Part shown: in pieces, positions 1-7,100 of the stretch
Layout: the number at the start of each line of letters is the position of its first letter
Position numbering within the stretch: position 1 is the stretch's first letter
From: Octopus sinensis
Lineage: Eukaryota
Assembly (NCBI RefSeq): GCF_006345805.1
Contig: NW_021825551.1
Coordinates: forward strand, 1 to 21,791
DNA length: 21,791 bases
Direction of reading: 5' to 3'
Program-made: the position numbers and the translations under genes
Notes under the pieces: generated by a model
What the model saw: the letters and a program-made list of their open reading frames with translations, nothing else
Told to the model about the DNA's origin: nothing
The model's database searches: none

Positions 1-590
1 CTGAAATCATAACTCACCGTCGTGGAGGTCTTCCGCGTGGTCTTTTCCGCTAACGCGGGTACCACTCGACAACTGCGTGCGTCCACCGATTATCGGTGAG
101 CCGGGTGACGTGTCCAGCCCATCTATACTTGCTGCGTGTATACTCTGCGATGACATCTCTCACGCCGGACCTCTTTCTGATGATCTTACTACTTATGTGC
201 TCTCTCAACGAGATACCAAGCATTGACCTTTCCATGGCTCTTTGAGCCGTTACCAGTCTTTGCTCTTCTCTCTTTGTGGTAGCCCATGTTTCACAGCCAT
301 ATAACATTGCAGGCAGAACTGCACTGTTAATGAGGTTGGCGCGGGTGGTCCTGTCCAACCTTCCCGTGAGCACATCCCTTATGCCATTGAACGCCTTCCA
401 TCCGGCCCTTACTCTCCGTGAGATCTCTTTTTTGATATCCCGGCATATATTTACTTCCTGTCCCAGGTAGACATATTCTCTCACCTCCTCTATTTCATCA
501 CTGCCGATCACTATTCGACCTGTTGGTACATTGTCTGACCGCAGGAACTTGTTTTCATGCGGTTCATTTTGAGACCTAGTGCAGAACTTT
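1..590 (-). pseudogene. 5'-truncated, inactivated RTE-clade non-LTR retrotransposon fragment (end of RT domain and C-terminal region)
   Basis: Translation shows RTE-type motifs: GLKMNRMKT..., EEVREYVYLGQ, EISRRVRAGWKAF, VLPAMLYGCETW, AQRAMERSMLG, KYRWAGHVTR, WYPR*RKRPRGRPPRR*. There is an in-frame TAG at 50-52, a TGA where W is expected (12-14), and a 1-nt frameshift near 551. The 5' end runs directly into (TA)n. Confidence 0.9.
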
Positions 591-606
591 ATATATATAT
601 ATATAT

Positions 607-653
<47 letters not shown>

Positions 654-654
654 T

Positions 655-700
<46 letters not shown>

Positions 701-745
701 TGTATATATACATATATAGTATATATACATATACATGTATATGTA
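591..745. repeat. (TA)n microsatellite, imperfect
   Basis: Seen directly in the sequence. Confidence 0.98.
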
Positions 746-805
746 TGTGTGTTTGTCCCCCAACATCGCTTGACACCGATGCTGGTGTGTTTACGTCCCC
801 GTAAA
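746..805 (+). mobile_element. 3' fragment of the CORE-type tRNA-derived SINE (same family as 14105-14473)
   Basis: tgtttgtcccccaacatcgcttgacaccgatgctggtgtgtttacgtccccgtaa matches the reverse complement of ~14240-14305. Confidence 0.75.
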
Positions 806-903
806 ACATTTAGAAGACGATACAAAAAACTCGGACGGGACATTCGAAGCCTTCAATCTTCAGTCAGAACCGGATCATCCTCGCAACTTCGGCTGATTAA
901 TCT
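806..903 (-). mobile_element. Fragment of structured interspersed repeat 'family 2' (see 1890-2198, 15035-15335)
   Basis: Reverse complement gattaatcagccgaagttgcgaggatgatccggttctgactgaagattgaaggcttcgaatgtcccgtccg aligns with ~2077-2147. Confidence 0.75.
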
Positions 904-1162
904 TGTATGTATGTATGTATATATTATATATATTATATATATATATAGTGTGTGTGTGTGTGTGGTGTGTGTTTTTTAAGTAGTTGAATGAATTATCCTA
1001 GTATGGATAATTCGGTTAACCGATACCCGGGAGGTAGCAAATTTACGTCAGAAAGCACGGTTGAAGCTACATGCCAAGGGCAGAAATCACGTGCTTTCGT
1101 GTGGAAATTTGTGTGTTTTTTTTACTATAGATAAATGAAAGAATGGAGTCGAACGACGATTT

Positions 1163-1273
1163 AACAAAACTTCCTTATTCTCGACACATGTTCGAAGACT
1201 GCATATTCTCAATTCCGAAGGAATAAAGGGTGCATTATGCCGTCTTCTCATCAGGAAAGACAAGGAACTTATG
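1163..1273 (-). ncRNA. Type I hammerhead ribozyme, degenerate mirror copy
   Basis: Minus strand has CUGAUGA (1254-1248) and GUC (1185-1183). The GAAA box is reduced to GAA, stem II has a C-to-A mismatch, and stem I carries indels. Confidence 0.75.
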
Positions 1274-1562
1274 TCAGCATCATGACGAACAAAAACTTTT
1301 AGATGACTGCCCACACGGAGTCCATAGAATAATGAGTGTTTCTTTAAAATATTCCGTTACAAGCAGTGACGTCAAAATTGGTTGGATGGATAAGATTCTA
1401 AAAAGTTCAAGAGTTCAAAAGTTCTTGAACTTTTTAGAATCTTATCCATCCAACCAATTTTGACGTCACTGCTTGTAACGGAATATTTTAAAGAAACACT
1501 CATTATTACTATGGACTCCGTGTGGGCAGTCATCTAAAAGTTTTTGTTCGTCATGATGCTGA

Positions 1563-1674
1563 CATAAGTTCCTTGTCTTTCCTGATGAGAAGACGGCATA
1601 ATGCACCCTTTATTCCTTCGGAATTGAGAATATGCCGTCTTCGAAACATGTGTCGAGAATAAAGGAATTTTGTT
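1563..1674 (+). ncRNA. Type I hammerhead ribozyme, canonical core
   Basis: CUGAUGA 1582-1588; perfect 12-bp stem II GAAGACGGCAUA/UAUGCCGUCUUC (1589-1600/1631-1642); GAAA 1643-1646; self-complementary stem III ACAUGUGU; GUC triplet with cleavage predicted after 1654. Stem I has 4 bp, a 3x3 internal loop, then 6 or more bp (UUCCUU/AAGGAA). Confidence 0.87.
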
Positions 1675-1710
1675 AAATCGTCGTTCGACTCCATTCTTTC
1701 ATATATCTAT

Positions 1711-1713
1711 CTC

Positions 1714-1812
<99 letters not shown>

Positions 1813-1835
1813 ATATATCTATATATATACATACA

Positions 1836-1869
<34 letters not shown>

Positions 1870-1882
1870 CGTACATATATAT
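1711..1882. repeat. (TA)n followed by (CATA)n microsatellite
   Basis: Seen directly in the sequence. Confidence 0.98.
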
Positions 1883-1889
1883 ATTTGTC

Positions 1890-2198
1890 TAAAGTCCTGC
1901 TGTTGTCCTGTTATTACCATTCTTGTTTTTATTTTTGTTTTTGTTTTTTGTATTTATATTCGTGTGGCTTCGTCCGTTTTTCTGTCCTTGTTTCGTACAT
2001 TCGATCCTTTTTCCAAGAAATCTAATGCTCGCAGCTTAGTTTTTCATGGGGCTGGCCGTTTCGGAGCAATGTCAGGATTAATCAGCCGAAATTTGCTATG
2101 ATGATCCGGTTCCTGACTGAAGATTAAGGCTTCGAATGACCCGTCCGTTTTTTTTTTTGTGTTCGTCTCTTTGTGTATTTCACGTTCTTGTCCCTTTT
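1890..2198 (+). mobile_element. Unclassified structured interspersed repeat 'family 2' (probable PLE pseudo-LTR / non-autonomous element)
   Basis: Shares tgtcctgttatt, ccaagRaatctaatgctcNNagcttagtttttYcWtggggctggcc, cagccgaaatt, gactgaRga, cgaatgaYccgtcc and terminal cgttcttgtccc with 15035-15335. The T-rich tail ends in (TA)n. The PLE assignment is inference. Confidence 0.75.
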
Positions 2199-2220
2199 TA
2201 TATATAATTTTTATACCTAT

Positions 2221-2262
<42 letters not shown>

Positions 2263-2274
2263 ATATATATTATA
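2199..2274. repeat. (TA)n microsatellite
   Basis: Seen directly in the sequence. Confidence 0.97.
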
Positions 2275-2535
2275 CACAAAATGCATGATTATATAAATAT
2301 AATTATAATAAGGGCACTAATGAGTAGCCCCCACATGCTAGAAACAGACGCCGAATTGCTCTAAGAACTACATTATTTGCCAAACTGGTACGAGCTGAAA
2401 GCGAGGGAAGTGACCAAAATTATTTTGAAAGGTTTCGATCATAGATCGATTTCTAGTTTAGAGGTGTAACTTCCTTTATCGTCATCAATATGGCACAACT
2501 CAGTGTATATAATTACGAACATTTATATACACTCA
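2275..2535 (-). mobile_element. Interspersed repeat 'family 3' (probable PLE pseudo-LTR)
   Basis: Diverged direct copy of ~3178-3390 (taataagggcactaatgagtagc...ctgaaagcgag...cgtcatcaatWtggcacaactca), with about 50 extra nt at ~2425-2472. The strand is inferred from the HHR-like motif. Confidence 0.75.
2405..2495 (-). ncRNA. Possible degenerate hammerhead (UUGAUGA core variant)
   Basis: Minus strand has UUGAUGA (2488-2482), GAU/AUC at the base of stem II, GAAACC (2436-2431) pairing with GGU, and a GUC triplet (2414-2412). The proximal stem I does not pair. Confidence 0.4.
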
Positions 2536-2712
2536 TAGATATATTACTTATCCACAAGCGCCTATACAAATGTTCATATTTATATACAAGCTAAATCTAA
2601 TTCATTCCCCTCAACCACGTGCATACAAGACCAAAAACAATACCAGAATTAATATAGTGGTCGAAGTGGTCTACATCTATATATAATCAAGGATGAAATC
2701 TCTCTAAGATTT

Positions 2713-3125
2713 TACCTATTTCTTTATTACCCACAAGGGGCTAAACATAGAAGGGACAAACATGGACAGACGTAGGTATTAAGTCGATTATATCGACCCC
2801 AGTGCGTAACTGGTACTTAATTTATCGACCCCGAAAGGATGAAAGGCAAAGTCGACCTTGGCGGAATTTGAACTCACAAAGTAACGGCAGCCGAAATACC
2901 TATTTCTTTATTACCCTCAAGGGGCTAAACATAGAGGGGACAAACATGGACAGACATAGGTATTAAGTCGATTACATCGACCCCAGTGCGTAACTGGTAC
3001 TTAATTTATCGACCCCGAAAGGATGAAAGGCAAAGTCGACCTCGGCGGAATTTGAACTCACAACGTAACGGCAGCCGAAATACCGCTAAGCATTTCGCCC
3101 GACGTGCTAACGATTCTGCCAGCTC
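2713..3125 (-). mobile_element. tRNA-derived SINE (octopus-type, central domain resembling the Meta domain) with a 184-bp internal tandem duplication and a 15-bp TSD
   Basis: Minus strand has an A-box-like tggcagaatcgttag, B box gagttcaaattcc, central gcctttcatcctttcggggtcgataaattaagtaccag and tail aataaagaaataggta. Units start at 2713 and 2897 and differ at 6 positions. The TSD ctctaagattttacc is at 2702-2716 and 3123-3137. Confidence 0.9.
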
Positions 3126-3522
3126 TAAGATTTTACCATGTAGCCAACATGTAATAAAACCATATAGGTAACAATTAATACAAAGCATATAATTATATAA
3201 TCAACAGTAATAAGGGCACTAATGAGTAGCATCACATGTTAGAAATAGACGCCAGAAGGCTCTTATAACAACATTATTTACCACATTGGCACGGGCTGAA
3301 AGCGAGAGAACTGAACAAGAATGATTCCCTTTACCGTCATCAATTTGGCACAACTCAACGTACATAATTATAAACATTTATACATATCCATACGATTTCT
3401 AGCATGTGATGCTGGTCATTAGCGCCCTCATTATAATTATATTTATATAATTATATATTTTGTATTAATTGTTACCTATATAGTTTTATTACATGCTGGC
3501 TACATGATAAAATCTTACAGAG
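3123..3522. mobile_element. Family 3 copy (3123-3395) followed by an inverted copy of its own tail (3396-3522)
   Basis: The reverse complement of 3396-3522 aligns to 3123-3246 (taagattttaYcatgtagccaRcatgtaataaaacYatataggtaacaattaatacaaa...agggcRctaatga...gcatcacatgYtagaaat), roughly 85% identical by eye. Confidence 0.82.
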
Positions 3523-3549
3523 TTTATATATATACATACATACATACGT

Positions 3550-3589
<40 letters not shown>

Positions 3590-3625
3590 CATATATATAT
3601 ATATATTGTATTATATTATATTATA
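3523..3625. repeat. (TA)n/(CATA)n microsatellite
   Basis: Seen directly in the sequence. Confidence 0.95.
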
Positions 3626-3629
3626 TTCT

Positions 3630-3765
3630 TTATTCTTTCCTTCTTTGCCGAACAGCTAAGTTACGACGACGTAAATGCACAACATCGGTTGTCAGTCGAT
3701 GTCAGGGAGACAACATAGACACCAAAGACGCACACACAAAAAAATATATATACATACATACATAT

Positions 3766-3810
<45 letters not shown>

Positions 3811-3960
3811 GCAGAAATAACAAGCTTCTTTCAGTTTCCGTCAACCAAATCCACTCACAAGGCTTAGTCAGCCCAACGCTATAGTGGAAGACACTCTCAC
3901 AAGTTGTCACGCTGTGAGAATGAATCCGGAACCAGGCTTCGTACCACACAACCATGCCAA
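3630..3960 (-). mobile_element. Degenerate CORE-type tRNA-derived SINE with internal (TA)n
   Basis: gcttctttcagtttccgtcaaccaaatccactcacaaggcttagtcagcccaacgctatagtggaagacact parallels 14350-14420, and the 3' part gccgaacagctaagttacgacgacgtaaat parallels 14226-14255. Confidence 0.8.
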
Positions 3961-4118
3961 GATACGAGAATCTTTATTGATCACTACAATTGATTTGCCC
4001 CATATCTAGCTTCGATCCCTCGCTGGTGACTAGAGTAGAAAAGAATATGGGCACAAGATCTGAAATTTGGTGGGGAAGAAGCTAGTCGATTACGTCGACC
4101 TCAGGTACGTAATAAGTA

Positions 4119-7100
4119 AGTGCAAATTCGATCAATTATTCACTAGCGAAAATTCGATGAACTGTCCACTGGAGTAAATTCGATCAACTGTTCATTAGCA
4201 AAAATTCGATCAATTGTCCACTGGTCTAAATTCGATCAACTGTACACTAGTGTAAATTCGATCAACTGTCTATTTTGCAAATTCGATCAACTGCCCACTG
4301 GCGTAAATTTGATCAACTGTTTACTTGTGCAAATTCGATCAATTGTATACTGGTCTAAATTCGATCAAATATCCATATCGAAAATTTGATCAACTGTCCA
4401 CTGGTCTAAATTCGGTCAACTGTCCACTGGTCTAAATTCGGTCAACTGTCCACTGGTCTAAATTCGATCAATTGTCCAATACCGAAAGTTCGATCAACTC
4501 TCCACTGATGTAAATTGATTAGCTGTCCACTAGCGCAAATTCGATCAAATTTCCACTGGTCTAAATTCGGTCAACTGTCAACTAGTGTAAATTCGATCGA
4601 CTGTCCACAAGCGAAAATTCGATCAACTGTCCACTAGCAAAAATTCGATCAGCTGTCCACTTGTCTAAATTCGATCAACTGTCCACAAGCGAAAATTCGA
4701 TCAACTGTCCACTGGTGTAAATTCGATCGACTCTCCACTAGCGAAAATTCGATCAACTCTCCACTAGCGAAAATTCGATCAATTGTTCACTTGCGAAAAT
4801 TCGATCAACTGTCCACTGGTGTAAGTTCGATCAACTGTCCACAAGCGAAAATTCGATCAACAGTCCACTAGCAAAAATTCGATCAACTGTCCACTGGTCT
4901 AAATTCGATCAACTGTCCTCTAGCGAAAATTCGATCAACTGTCCACAAGCGAAAATTCGATCACCTGTCCACGAGCGAAAATCCGATTAACTTTTCACTA
5001 ACAAAATTCAATCAACTGTCAACTTTTCTAAATTCGATCAACTGTCAACTAGTGTAAATTCGATCAACTGTCCACTAGCGAAAATTCGATGGACAGTTAA
5101 TCGAATTTTCAGTTGATCCACTGGTGTAAATTCGATCAACTGTACACTAGTGTAAATTCGATCAACTGTCTACTTTTGCAAATTCGATCACCTGCCCATT
5201 GCTGTAAATTTACAACAGTGGACAGGTCACTTGCAAAAATTCGGTCAACTGTCCACTAGCGAAAATTCGATCAACTATCCACTAGCGCATATTTGATCAA
5301 TTAACCACTGGTCTAAATGAAATCAACTGTCCACAAGCGCAAATTCGAACAACTGTCCACTGGTGTAAATCCAATAATCTGTCAACTGGACCACATTCAC
5401 TAACAAAATTCAATCAACTGTCCACTAGGGAAAATTCGATCAACAGTGCACTATCCAAAATTCGATCAACAGTGCACTATCCAAAATTCGATCAACAGTG
5501 CACTATCCAAAATTCGATCAACTGTCCACTTGCGAAAATTCGATCAACGTCCACTAGCGAAACCGATCAAATGTCCGCTAGTGTAAATTCGATCAACTGT
5601 CCACTATCGAAAATTCGATCAATTGATTACTTACTTGAAAAAATTCGATCAACTGTCCACAAGCGAAAATGCGATCAACTGTGCACTAGCAAAAATTCGA
5701 TTAGCTGTCCACTGGTCTAAATTCGATCAACTGTCCACAAGCAAAAATTCGATCAACTGTCCAATGGTGTAAATTCGATCGACTCTCCACTAGCGAAAAT
5801 TCGATCAACTCTCCACTAGCCAAAATTCGATCAATTGTTCACTTGCAAAAATTCGATCAACCGTCCACTGGTGTAAATTCGATCAACTGTCCACAAGCGA
5901 AAATTCGATCAACTGTCCACTGGCAAAAATTCTATCAACTGTCCACTGGTGTAAATTCGATCAACTGTCCACTAGCGAAAATTCGATCAACTATCCACTA
6001 GCGCATATTTGATCAATTAACCACTGGTCTAAATTAAATCAACTGTCCACAAGCGCAAATTCGATCAACTGTCCACTGGTGTAAATCCAATAATCTGTAA
6101 ACTGGACCACATTCACTAACAAAATTCAATCAACTGTCCACTAGGGAAAATTCGATCAACAGTGCACTATCCAAAATTCGATCAACTGTCCACCAGCGAA
6201 AATTCGATCAACTGTCCACTAGCGAAAACTCGATCAAATGTCCGCTAGTGTAAATTCGATCAACTGTCCACTATCGAAAATTCGATCAATTGATTACTTG
6301 AAAAAATTCGATCAACTGTCCACAAGCGAAAATTCGATCAACTGTCCACTAGCAAAAATTCGATTAGCTGTCCACTGGTCTAAATTCGATCAACTGTCCA
6401 CAAGCAAAAATTCGATCAACTGTCCACTGGTGTAAATTCGATCGACTCTCCACTAGCGAAAATTCGATCAACTCTCCACTAGCCAAAATTCGATCAATTG
6501 TTCACTTGCAAAAATTCGATCAACTGTCCACTGGTGTAAATTCGATCAACTGTCCACAAGCGAAAATTCGATCAACTGTCCACTGGCAAAAATTCGATCA
6601 ACTGTCCACAAGCGAAAATTCGATCAACTGTCCTCTAGTGAAAATTCGATCAACTGTCCACTAGCGAAAATTCGATCAGTTGTTCTCTTGCGAAAATTCG
6701 ATCAACTCTCCACTGGTCTAAATTCGATCAATTGTCCACTAGCGAAAATTCAATCAACTGTCCACTAGCGAAAATTCGATCAACTGTCTACTGGTGTAAA
6801 TTTGATTAACTGTCCACTAGCGAAAACTTGGTCAACTGTCCACTAGCGAAAAGACGATCAACTGTCCACAAACGAAAATTCGATCCAATATCCATTAGTG
6901 CAAATTTGATCAATTGTCCAATCGCGAAAATTCGATCGACTGCAGTAAATTCGATCAACTGTCCACTAACGCAAATTCGATAATCTGTCCACTGTTGTAA
7001 TTTCGATAAACTGTCATCTGGTCTAAATCAACTGTCCACTTTTCTAAATTCGATCAACTGTCCACTAGTGTAAATTCTATCAACTGTCAACTAGCGAAAA

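Larger units (their letters stand above)
1127..1710. repeat. Long inverted repeat (fold-back): arms 1127-1412 and 1423-1710, 10-nt spacer
   Basis: By manual alignment the arms are reverse complements with about 6 small differences (~98% identical). The spacer is gttcaaaagt. Confidence 0.97.

Noticed and set aside
576-979. Short YI/IY-rich ORFs here and at 1673-1876, 3675-3955, 15270-15791 and 16037-16964
   Set aside because: They are translations of (TA)n, (CA)n and (TG)n tracts and SINE remnants.
1127-1710. DNA transposon / MITE with long TIRs
   Set aside because: There is no internal region, no clear TSD and no recognisable TIR end motif. The arms carry hammerhead motifs typical of retroelements. 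Not fully excluded without a copy-number search.
2048-2100. HDV-like ribozyme in family 2
   Set aside because: P1-like and P2-like pairings exist, but I cannot build P3, P1.1 or the catalytic J4/2 in either full copy.
3047-3125. tRNA gene
   Set aside because: A and B boxes are present but no cloverleaf forms. This is a SINE head with body, tail and TSD; the same applies to ~14430-14473.
4065-4105. SINE-like gtcgattacgtcgacctcag
   Set aside because: Only ~20 nt resemble the SINE at 2713-3125, too short to call.
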